Shown in pieces: positions 50,100-61,418 of a stretch of 64,000 nucleotides of DNA. The stretch's first letter is position 1. Each line of letters starts with the position of its first letter. The notes under the pieces were generated by a model that was not told where the DNA came from, did no database searches, and saw only the letters and a program-made list of their open reading frames with translations. Source of the DNA: Nemertoderma westbladi (taxonomy: Eukaryota > Animalia > Xenacoelomorpha); assembly GCA_032718475.1 (NCBI GenBank), contig JAUCBJ010005191.1, positions 1 through 64,000 of the forward strand, read 5' to 3'. The translations under genes and the position numbers were made by a program.

Positions 50100-50576
50100 T
50101 TAGTTTGATAAGAAGAAATTGGTTACGGCCGAGAAAGAAACAAATGTAATTTATAGTTCAGTTAGGAAACAATTATTGCGATTAGTACTCCAATCAGTAT
50201 GCAGTACAATATATCTTGTATGTGCACTGTACATACATATAATGGGCATGTTATTTATAGACGCTATACAAACAAACCGTAGTGGAATTCACAAGGCAAT
50301 ATTCTATTAACTGTATAATATAGAGGTTTTGATATGCCAGGCGGTGTGTTGTATGATAAATTACCGAACAACGTCAGCAACAAATAGATATAATTGCATG
50401 TCGGATCATAAAATATCCCCAGTCCAGAGGACAATGTCTAATAAGCAATGAGATATATCTTGCCTTGAGAATGTATATTATTAGTAATATTTGATACGGC
50501 TATGTTAGCTATGGGTGAGAGGAGATACAATATCTGACGATATGAGATCGTGTGAGATGAGTGCATATAGTTACAC

Positions 50577-50889
50577 GTTCGTGGGGCCTTCGCGCAGCAC
50601 CAAGTGAGCAAAGCCTTTAGCATATGGGTACCATTAACGAGTTGTCTGCCGTTAGTCAGAAGTCTTCAACACAATTCTCGTCCTCCTCGTCTGCCTCGTT
50701 GCGTTCGTTCGATTTTGACGAAACTTCAGATTCATTCTAAACTTTTGACGGGCTACATACATACCAAGTTTCGTTTAATTTCATAAAGGAATTAGCGTTC
50801 AAAAATTTACGACGACAGACGACGACAGACAACTCGCCAATGGCACCCATATGCTAAGGCTTCGCTCACTTCGTGGCTCGCCCCACAAC
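50577..50889. mobile_element. MITE-like element with about 70-bp imperfect terminal inverted repeats
   Basis: Left end gtggggc...aagtgagcaaagcctttagcatatgggtaccattaacgagttgtctg matches the reverse complement of the right end, gtggggc...aagtgagcgaagccttagcatatgggtgccattggcgagttgtctg. Confidence 0.75.
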
Positions 50890-51200
50890 AGAGAGGTGAA
50901 TTGTAATTTGTAGTTAGCTAATGTTATCCTTTTAGCACATAGCGGGTTTTATCTGTTGGGGCATTATTGCATCTTACAGACTCACTGAATGGTAATACCT
51001 CAATTAATTATTAGCTCCATTCGTTCACCTGTTAGATATAGTAGATATTATTATTATATTGATATGATATTGGTGCTGCGTGTGTATAACATGATTAATA
51101 TCATTCCTGAAGGTGTCGTTATTGTGATAGACGTAACAAGTTGTGTTAGACCTTCGTAACTCACCTTAGGTGCGGCGATATAATAATTATGTACGAGACT

Positions 51201-54200
51201 TTATTGTTACAGTGAACATTGCTTTATTGTAACTCTTATTATTACAGTGAACATTGCTTTATTGTAACTCTTATTATTACAGTGAACATTGCTTTATTGT
51301 AACTCTTATTATTACAGTGAACATTGCTTTATTGTAACTCTTATTATTACAGTGAACATTGCTTTATTGTAACTCTTATTATTACAGTGAACATTGCTTT
51401 ATTGTAACTCTTATTATTACAGTGAACATTGCTTTATTGTAACTCTTATTATTACAGTGAACATTGCTTTATTGTAACTCTTATTATTACAGTGAACATT
51501 GCTTTATTGTAACTCTTATTATTACAGTGAACATTGCTTTATTGTAACTCTTATTATTACAGTGAACATTGCTTTATTGTAACTCTTATTATTACAGTGA
51601 ACATTGCTTTATTGTAACTCTTATTATTACAGTGAACATTGCTTTATTGTAACTCTTATTATTACAGTGAACATTGCTTTATTGTAACTCTTATTATTAC
51701 AGTGAACATTGCTTTATTGTAACTCTTATTATTACAGTGAACATTGCTTTATTGTAACTCTTATTATTAGAGGGAACATTGCTTTATTGTAACTCTTATT
51801 ATTACAGTGAACATTGCTTTATTGTAACTCTTATTATTACAGTGAACATTGCTTTATTGTAACTCTTATTATTACAGTGAACATTGCTTTATTGTAACTC
51901 TTATTATTACAGTGAACATTGCTTTATTGTAACTCTTATTATTACAGTGAACATTGCTTTATTGTAACTCTTATTATTACAGTGAACATTGCTTTATTGT
52001 AACTCTTATTATTACAGTGAACATTGCTTTATTGTAACTCTTATTATTACAGGGAACATTGCTTTATTGTAACTCTTATTATTACAGTGAACAGTGCTAT
52101 ATTGTAACTCTTATTATTACAGTGAACATTGCTTTATTGTAACTCTTATTATTACAGTGAACATTGTTTTATTGTAACTCTTATTATTACAGTGAACAGT
52201 GCTTTATTGTAACTCTTATTATTACAGTGAACATTGCTTTATTGTAACTCTTATTATTACAGTGAACATTGCTTTATTGTAACTCTTATTATTACAGTGA
52301 ACATTGCTTTATTGTAACTCTTATTATTACAGTGAACATTGCTTTATTGTAACTCTTATTATTACAGTGAACAGTGCTTTATTGTAACTCTTATTATTAC
52401 AGTGAACAGTGCTTTATTGTAACTCTTATTATTACAGTGAACATTGCTTTATTGTAACTCTTATTATTACAGTGAACATTGCTTTATTGTAACTCTTATT
52501 ATTACAGTGAACATTGCTTTATTGTAACTCTTATTATTACAGTGAACATTGCTTTATTGTAACTCTTATTATTACAGTGAACAGTGCTTTATTGTAACTC
52601 TTATTATTACAGTGAACATTGCTTTATTGTAACTCTTATTATTACAGTGAACATTGCTTTATTGTAACTCTTATTATTACAGTGAACATTGCTTTATTGT
52701 AACTCTTATTATTACAGTGAACAGTGCTTTATTGTAACTCTTATTATTACCGTGAACATTGCTTTATTGTAACTCTTATTATTACAGTGAACATTGCTTT
52801 ATTGTAACTCTTATTATTACAGTGAACAGTGCTTTATTGTAACTCTTATTGTTACAGTGAACAGTGCTTTATTGTAACCCTTATTATTACAGTGAACATT
52901 GCTTTATTGTAACTCTTATTATTACAGTGAACATTGCTTTATTGTAACTCTTATTATTAGAGGGAACATTGCTTTATTGTAACTCTTATTATTACAGTGA
53001 ACATTGCTTTATTGTAACTCTTATTATTACAGTGAACATTGCTTTATTGTAACTCTTATTATTACAGTGAACATTGCTTTATTGTAACTCTTATTATTAC
53101 AGTGAACATTGCTTTATTGTAACTCTTATTATTACAGTGAACATTGCTTTATTGTAACTCTTATTATTACAGTGAACATTGCTTTATTGTAACTCTTATT
53201 ATTACAGTGAACATTGCTTTATTGTAACTCTTATTATTACAGTGAACAGTGCTTTATTGTAACTCTTATTATTACAGTGAACATTGCTTTATTGTAACTC
53301 TTATTATTACAGTGAACATTGCTTTATTGTAACTCTTATTATTACAGTGAACATTGCTTTATTGTAACTCTTATTATTACAGTGAACATTGCTTTTTTGT
53401 AACTCTTATTATTACAGTGAACAGTGCTTTATTGTAACTCTTATTATTACAGTGAACATTGCTTTATTGTAACTCTTATTATTAGAGGGAACATTGCTTT
53501 ATTGTAACTCTTATTATTACAGTGAACATTGCTTTATTGTAACTCTTATTATTAGAGGGAACATTGCTTTATTGTAACTCTTATTATTACAGTGAACATT
53601 GCTTTATTGTAACTCTTATTATTACAGTGAACATTGCTTTATTGTAACTCTTATTATTAGAGGGAACATTGCTTTATTGTAACTCTTATTATTACAGTGA
53701 ACATTGCTTTATTGTAACTCTTATTATTACAGTGAACATTGCTTCATTGTAACTCTTATTATTACAGTGAACATTGCTTTATTGTAACTCTTATTATTAC
53801 AGTGAACATTGCTTTATTGTAACTCTTATTATTACAGTGAACATTGCTTTATTGTAACTCTTATTATTACAGTGAACATTGCTTTATTGTAACTCTTATT
53901 ATTACAGTGAACATTGCTTTATTGTAACTCTTATTATTACAGTGAACATTGCTTTATTGTAACTCTTATTATTACAGTGAACATTGCTTTATTGTAACTC
54001 TTATTATTACAGTGAACATTGCTTTATTGTAACTCTTATTATTACAGTGAACATTGCTTTATTGTAACTCTTATTATTACAGTGAACATTGCTTTATTGT
54101 AACTCTTATTATTACAGTGAACATTGCTTTATTGTAACTCTTATTATTACAGTGAACATTGCTTTATTGTAACTCTTATTATTACAGTGAACATTGCTTT

Positions 54201-54950
54201 ATTGTAACTCTTATTATTACAGTGAACATTGCTTTATTGTAACTCTTATTATTACAGTGAACATTGCTTTATTGTAACTCTTATTATTACAGTGAACATT
54301 GCTTTATTGTAACTCTTATTATTACAGTGAACATTGCTTTATTGTAACTCTTATTATTACAGTGAACATTGCTTTATTGTAACTCTTATTATTACAGTGA
54401 ACATTGCTTTATTGTAACTCTTATTATTATAGTGAACATTGCTTTATTGTAACTCTTATTATTACAGTGAACATTGCTTTATTGTAACTCTTATTATTAC
54501 AGTGAACAGTGCTTTATTGTAACTCTTATTATTACAGTGAACATTGCTTTATTGTAACTCTTATTATTACAGTGAACAGTGCTTTATTGTAACTCTTATT
54601 ATTACAGTGAACATTGCTTTATTGTAACTCTTATTATTACAGTGAACATTGCTTTATTGTAACTCTTATTATTACAGTGAACATTGCTTTATTGTAACTC
54701 TTATTATTACAGTGAACATTGCTTTATTGTAACTCTTATTATTACAGTGAACATTGCTTTATTGTAACTCTTATTATTACAGTGAACATTGCTTTATTGT
54801 AACTCTTATTATTACAGTGAACATTGCTTTATTGTAACTCTTATTATTACAGTGAACATTGCTTTATTGTAACTCTTATTATTACAGTGAACATTGCTTT
54901 ATTGTAACTCTTATTATTAGAGTGAACATTGCTTTATTGTAACTCGTATT
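51201..54950. repeat. 35-bp AT-rich satellite, about 107 copies
   Basis: Unit attacagtgaacattgctttattgtaactcttatt. The array lies between the divergently oriented stomatin and caveolin genes. Confidence 0.98.
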
Positions 54951-55678
54951 ATTGTTCCACCATTGATCTTTAAACTTCACAGAGGATTTACAATTCTGCA
55001 AAACCCTCCACTGGGACTTTTCCTTAATACAGGACCCCTGATCTAGGGCTTGTAAGGCGACGACAGATGCCGTTCACAACCTCTACTACTTTTTTAACCT
55101 TTTTTAAATTTTATTATAAAGTTTATAGTCGTTTCCCTTAAAATAAAGTGAGGCTGCATGACATGATGCGTTGAAACTTAAGCCAACTAATGTAGAGTTT
55201 CAAATATTAATATTGTTGTGAAATATTAATTGGAAAAAGTTCCGTAACACACCAAAATAACCTTTAAGGAAAAACATCCGAAATGCTGTTGTATCTCTCA
55301 AACAAACACTCCCTGTACATCCACACCTGCTGCATAAGTAAGTTATGAACCAATGTGAACCACGACATATCCAGTTTATTCTGACGTCAATCAATAATAA
55401 AACTGGAATCAGTAATAAGTTTCCAATGAATTATTAATATCATACCTCAATGCAAACTCCATAAGCTTAAATCGCATATTAGAATGGAAGATTGGTTGCC
55501 TGTGGCAACATTATCAGGTTAATAAGAAGCATGGGAGAGTGCCATGGTAATGAAATGCACAACAGTGAATATATTTAAATTGGCAACAATAAGTTGGGTT
55601 AATTAAATACTGACAGCTTGGGCCTACTGATCAATTGCTTCTTGTGACAAATTTGTGGAATATTATATTTGTTTCATA

Positions 55679-55738
55679 ATGGCCGACAGCTTGGACCTTG
55701 AAAACCGTGATCCAAATGAGATAAACATACACGTTAGA
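55679..55738 (+). CDS. CAV: Caveolin, first coding exon
   Basis: ATG...AGA|gtgagt encodes MADSLDLENRDPNEINIHVR, the caveolin D..NRDP..IN.HV motif. Too short for the ORF track. Confidence 0.9.
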
Positions 55739-56055
55739 GTGAGTATAAGTAAATAATATTATATACAAACCTGGGCCAACAATAAATTGTACATTTGGAG
55801 TTTTCATCAGAAATACTAGAAAAGCATTTCTTAGCAATCTTTCTTAGCGAAAGTAGTTGATTTTCTTTAGCTTTGTGGATAATATGACTTTTTACGATTA
55901 ACCAAAATTTTGTGTTCACGCCAAAAACTCCTGCTAACGAAAATGCCTGCTAACGTCAGTAGCCACGGAATAAAACGTTAACGATTTAAAGAATAAACAT
56001 AATTATTTACACTAAACCTATTATTTCAACCTAAGAGATTACTCTAACTTTATAG

Positions 56056-56394
56056 GCTCTATTTGAAGACGTACTTGCGGAGCCAGAAGGGGCCCATTCC
56101 ATCGACTGTCTATGGAAGCTAACCTACCAGTGTTTCACCGGTACAAAGTCGGTCTGCTATATGATACTGACCACGATATTGGGTCTACCTCTTGCTTTCG
56201 CTTGGGGCTTGTCTTTCGCCTGCATGTCGTTCGAATTGGTCTGGTGTGTGACCCCGCTGCTAAAGATATACTTTGTGGAGTTGGCGGCCTACAGAATGCT
56301 GTACACCAGCGTGATTCGTTGTGTTTGTGATCCCTGCTTCGAGTCATGTGGTCGTATATGTGGCGACATGAAGGTCACCCAAGTCAAAGGATAA
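56056..56394 (+). CDS. CAV: Caveolin, second coding exon (132 aa in total)
   Basis: Splice site ctaactttatag|GCT. Encodes ALFEDVLAEPEGAHSIDCLWK (FEDVIAEP signature), the hydrophobic segment ILTTILGLPLAFAWG...WCVTP and CDPCFESCGR. Confidence 0.95.
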   Translation, partial: ALFEDVLAEPEGAHSIDCLWKLTYQCFTGTKSVCYMILTTILGLPLAFAWGLSFACMSFELVWCVTPLLKIYFVELAAYRMLYTSVIRCVCDPCFESCGRICGDMKVTQVKG

Positions 56395-57187
56395 CATTAT
56401 TGCAGGATATATACAGAAGTTGTGCAGTACTGTAGGACGAGACTATAACTAACTAATATAAATTACATCAGTTAATCAGCCTTTTGAAATAACTTACCTA
56501 CATGACACTATAATTTTAAATTTTCCTCCACCCCAACAACCCCTCGTTTACTGTTTTGGTTAGAAAAGCCTTTGTCATTGTGACATGTTCCTTCCCATTA
56601 ATTATTATTGTTCAATATATATTTTTTCGTCAACCTGGTCAATCTCAGGTACATTAGCTGTGTATTACCATTAATGTAGGGTTACTACTAGCCCCACACC
56701 TCTGATTCCTATTTTATTTATTTTTCTTAAAATAGTTATTTAAGTTGTTGTCCTCCTTTGAGATAAAGTATATTAAAACCAACTATTTGTAGAGATTGGA
56801 TCCACATCAGCAATGCTGTACCCTGTACTGTACAATACAGGCCTACATATATGTTGGGGTTGGCCATAGATCCTTCAATGCCTCAATGGACAAAGTTACC
56901 ATAATATGGTGCAATTCCCAGATAGCACTACTACCTTATGGTAGAATGCCGGGGGGGGGGGGGGGGGGGGCTAACATACTGCTGTATATACTATTGTATA
57001 TATATATATATATTAACTGTGTGTGTTAATTGTTATGTGTATTTAGGGTTTAGGGAGAGATACAGTCTATAATAATATAAAGTTGTAAGCTTATATTCAA
57101 ATATTTACTGTTGCAGCATGGAAATAAAACATGTATTTAGCAATCCAGGGTGACAACCATTAAAAAAAAACATTTAATATATTATAA

Positions 57188-57584
57188 TGTTAAATTTCTG
57201 GATTACTTAACGCTAATCCACGGACGTTATTTCTCGCTCGGGTTCGGGTTAGCTAATAATATGTTCGTCAACATGTTAGCCATTATTTCTATCTATAATT
57301 CTATTACATTTTTTAAATTTCATATTTTTCAAAATTAATATATTAGCTAGTTTTTGTTATTATTATATTGTTGTTCTAGAAAATGTTTGGTGGTTTATAA
57401 AAATGTTCCAGAATTTTTTTCTGTAACCATTTTAAGAGGCTTAGAACATAGTTCTATAAATTTGATAGATAATAGCGAAAATGTTGGTGAATCGTGAACA
57501 AAACATACAAATATAAAAATAGGCCAATATTTTATATTTGTATTATATATTATACATCTTGTTAAGTAATCCAGAAATTTAACA
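57188..57584. mobile_element. Non-autonomous Ginger-like DNA transposon (TGT...ACA ends, perfect 24-bp inverted repeats, 4-bp TSD)
   Basis: ataa|tgttaaatttctggattacttaac ... gttaagtaatccagaaatttaaca|ataa. Confidence 0.85.
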
Positions 57585-57594
57585 ATAAAACAAC

Positions 57595-57728
57595 ATATTG
57601 TGTATAATCTACCTTTTTATCTCACTTCGGTCCCTCGTTTGAATATTTCACTCACTCGCTCCGCTCGTTCGTGTAGATATTAACACTCGGGACCGGCGTG
57701 AAATAAAGTCCTACATTATACACAATAT
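57595..57728. mobile_element. Palindromic (hairpin) MITE-like element
   Basis: Arms atattgtgtataat...cggtccc / gggaccg...attatacacaatat surround a central cactcgctccgctcgt. Confidence 0.7.
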
Positions 57729-58098
57729 AATAAATAGTTAAATTATTCTTAGTAATTAAAAAAATATATTACGTAACTTATATAAACTAAAATAATCATA
57801 AAATATACCGGTAACTATTTAACAATTACACCATATTGAATGTTCTTAAACATTAATCGAAATATATTTGGTATTAAAATATTACAGTTGAAAAATATTA
57901 CGAGAACAAAAATTATTTATAGAGTTACAAAAAAATAATTAACATCCTAAACCAAATCAATATAATCGCGCTTTTAGGATTGTTTTCCTCCTTTGGTTAT
58001 TAAAACATTTTCAAGCGCATTTATCAGCTATCGACACATTCGTATTGGGAACAATGTATTTTATTATCCTCCAATACAAAAGTACCCCGATAAGGCAT

Positions 58099-58665
58099 CG
58101 CAGTACAACCCAGTACGTCGCAGTACAACCCAGTACGTCGCAGTACAACCCAGTACGTCGCAGTACAACCCAGTACGTCGCGGTTCAACCCAGTACGTCG
58201 CAGTACAACCCAGTACGTCGCAGTACAACCCAGTACGTCGCAGTACAACCCAGTACGTCGCGGTTCAACCCAGTACGTCGCAGTACAACCCAGTACGTCG
58301 CAGTACAACCCAGTACGTCGCAGTACAACCCAGTACGTCGCAGTACAACCCAGTACGTCGCAGTACAACCCAGTACGTCGCAGTACAACCCCAGTACGTC
58401 GCAGTACAACCCAGTACGTCGCAGTAAAACCCAGTACGCCGCAGTACAACCCAGTACGTCGCAGTACAACCCAGTACGTCGTAGTACAACCCAATACGTC
58501 GCAGTACAACCCAGTAAGTCGCAGTACAACCCAGTACGTCGCAGTAAAACCCAGTACGTCGCAGTACAACCCAATACGTCGCAGTACAACCCAGTAAGTC
58601 GCAGTACAACCCAGTACGTCGCGGTACAACCCAGTACGTCGCAGTACAACCCAGTACGTCGCAGT
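58099..58665. repeat. 20-bp minisatellite, about 28 copies
   Basis: Unit cgcagtacaacccagtacgt. Confidence 0.97.
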
Positions 58666-58790
58666 CAGCTGGTGATGTATCCTTGACTGCAATTTTAGCA
58701 GCTGATTATCAGCTGGTGATGTATCCTTGACTGCAACTTTAGCAGCTGATAATCAGTTGGTGATGTATCCTTGACTGCAACTTTAGCAGC
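58666..58790. repeat. 44-bp tandem repeat, about 3 copies
   Basis: Unit cagctggtgatgtatccttgactgcaactttagcagctgataat. Confidence 0.9.
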
Positions 58791-58986
58791 TTGATATCTA
58801 CCATATCTACTCAAGATTATCCATATTGAGTTCTATTATTATATTCTCTTCACATGTAGCTGACAGAAGAAATGCAGAATAGTATTGGCTAGTGATATTT
58901 AAAGTAAAATTAAGAAATGTTTCAAATTTACCGGTAGAATAAAACGAAATACATTAAATTTACCTTACTGTGAAAAAAAATCGTAT

Positions 58987-60285
58987 TTATGTTGAGTTAA
59001 AATGCAGTCGGCTGCGCCCTATAGAACCACTGAGACCCTGGGTTGGTATGGCGATCTGTCTGGCTGGCGGAGTGGCGCCACCCAGCGACGGACCGCTGCA
59101 CATAGAACCTGTGGGAGAAGGACAGGGAGGAGTGCGTCCCCTGGGAGCTGGGCAGGTGGGAGTGCGTCCCTTGGGAGCTGGGCAAGGGGGAGTGCGTCCC
59201 TTGGGAGCTGGGCAGGGGGGAGTGCGTCCCTTGGGGGTGAGCCCCGGCAGCCTCCCAACGGGCTCCACTATACGCCCATCCACTATCACTCGTTTCATAC
59301 TGACCCGTTGCTGCTGGCTGCCGGGGGGCGTAGCGTTGTACCCTGCGGGCGGTGTGTAGACGTACCCCGGTGTAGAGCGGCCGGATCTCTGGGAACTACC
59401 TAGGTAGGGAGGGGTGCAGCCTGGTCTATCGCCCACCCTGTTGGGTAGGTAAGGGGGCGTGCACCCAGCATTGGCGAGGTTGATTGGTGGAGTGCAACTC
59501 TGTTGGAACGGGGAGTAATCCATAGGGGATACCGGGTATTTAATGGGCACCGAGGAGCCAGACATGGGGCTATATCTGTAAGAAGCACAACCGGGTGTGA
59601 CCACAACACGCTGCGATTGTTGCTGGTAGATATTCGCAGTCCCATTGGCACCCGTAGGTTGACTTTGTTGATTACCTCTCACCGCTATTGGTTGGCCACG
59701 CCCGCCAATAGCAGCAGCCGTATGGACGCCCAACCCACCAATAGCAGGTCGTTGCTGCACCTGAGTCCCACCACCTCGTCTGTATTGAATCACTTCGTTT
59801 CTAAGATTTAGGTTTTCCCTTTTCAGATCTTCCATTTCGCGTTGAAGCTTTTCCGTCCCGGTTTGACATGTTTGTAGCGTCTCCTTTTCACTTTGCAGTT
59901 TTTCGATTACCTTTTGCATACTTTTCATTTGCTCCCCATATTTCGATCTGTCTCTTTCGAGAACCTTATTTTTTGTCATTAGGAACGCCATCAGACGAGA
60001 TCTGTGTTGCTTCTGGAATTTAGTGACACGGCTGACTTCGGTCAAACACTTCTGAATATGCGCTTCCGCATCCGCAAAAAACGATTGAATTTCAGGCCTG
60101 AGTGGGTTGACCAATGGCACGAGGTTACATGGGGAGCAATCACACATGTAACATTTGTCCCGTTTAACCTCAACAGTACAGGTTTCGCAATAGAGATGAC
60201 CACACGCTGATAAGAAGAACTTTTTCTTTTCTGGTCCATTCGGTTGGATGCTACATTTATTGCAATGAACAATATCGATATTCAT
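58987..60285 (-). CDS. RNF212: RNF212/RNF212B-like (Zip3/ZHP-3/Vilya family) meiotic RING E3 ligase, intronless
   Basis: N-terminal VHCNKC...FFLSACGHLYCETC...C..C RING, then L.PEIQSFFAD, VTKFQKQHRSRL, a coiled coil and a long S/P-rich disordered tail. Confidence 0.88.
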   Translation of the reverse strand: MNIDIVHCNKCSIQPNGPEKKKFFLSACGHLYCETCTVEVKRDKCYMCDCSPCNLVPLVNPLRPEIQSFFADAEAHIQKCLTEVSRVTKFQKQHRSRLMAFLMTKNKVLERDRSKYGEQMKSMQKVIEKLQSEKETLQTCQTGTEKLQREMEDLKRENLNLRNEVIQYRRGGGTQVQQRPAIGGLGVHTAAAIGGRGQPIAVRGNQQSQPTGANGTANIYQQQSQRVVVTPGCASYRYSPMSGSSVPIKYPVSPMDYSPFQQSCTPPINLANAGCTPPYLPNRVGDRPGCTPPYLGSSQRSGRSTPGYVYTPPAGYNATPPGSQQQRVSMKRVIVDGRIVEPVGRLPGLTPKGRTPPCPAPKGRTPPCPAPKGRTPTCPAPRGRTPPCPSPTGSMCSGPSLGGATPPARQIAIPTQGLSGSIGRSRLHFNST

Positions 60286-61418
60286 CGCAACAAATTAATA
60301 CAAGGATCGATAATTGGATATAATACGAGCGTTTAGATAAACTACAGGATTAAGTTATGTTCAACAACGATGGTCCTGTCATTCGGTCAACCATCTTAGA
60401 ACGAAAACATCACATATTTGTTTATGGGTTTGCTACTGTCTCACAGTAGATATGATATGCGTTGCTGGTTACGTACAGAAATACAGTTATGACGATAACC
60501 TATAGCTTTTACACAAGCGGATTACAGTGTAAGAGCCTTAAAAGCGTAGTGAATAATAGTTACCCATATCACACAAGAAGCATTAAGAAATTGAAACTAA
60601 GCAAAACAGTGTCTAGTCTGACAGTGTCCGACAGATATATGCTTTTTTCCACTGAATCTTGCGCTTGCATGGGGGTATATTATAGTAAATGTTTTGGGTG
60701 ATTTTGGTGCGAAATTTTATTGTGATCAATAATCCGATGCCGACTGATGCCCAGCTTACATCATTGAGGATTTTGTGTAATTAACAATATAAAAAATTGT
60801 CCCCAGCAACGGTTAAGACAATTTATCCGATTGCTTCCATATATTTTAGTTTTTAAATTTACTGTTGAAAATGAACAAATGGTACGTAATTCCATTACAA
60901 TTAAACTTATATCACCGGAATCCCCATATTATGGCGCACTTTTAGACAATTTTCATTTCAGTCACACGTCACATAGGCCTATTTTTGCTCAAGTTAAAGA
61001 TAGGTTTTGAATGTATTTGGCTGCAAGTTTAAATTAATACATCCATTGTAATTTTGGACAGATTTTTTAAATATATTAAGATGCAAGCTGGAATTTAAGA
61101 TTGAAGTTGATGCAATGGTATGTTAGGCCTATTCAATTAATTTTTAAAATTAATTTCTGAATTTAACTGTACAAACTACCGATACAATATAGCACTCTTT
61201 ATAACTTGAAACCTGGGCTGCATCCATTGGAATAATAGTGAGTAAAAACGTTCTGGAACACACCCCTGTGGGTACATTTACTATATACTGTACTTCCATG
61301 CAAGGTATAATGCAATGCAATATCTTCCGGACTAGGCCTATTTGCCTATACAGTAGGCCTACTAAACCTCTAGAATCGGCAGATCGGTAGGCCTATTATA
61401 CTGCTATACAGCCATTCC

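Noticed and set aside
29365-54950. Arrays as CRISPR loci
   Set aside because: Units are contiguous with no unique spacers, there are no cas genes, and the context is spliceosomal eukaryotic DNA.
57993-58692. Repeat-protein ORFs on both strands
   Set aside because: They are translations of the 20-bp minisatellite.
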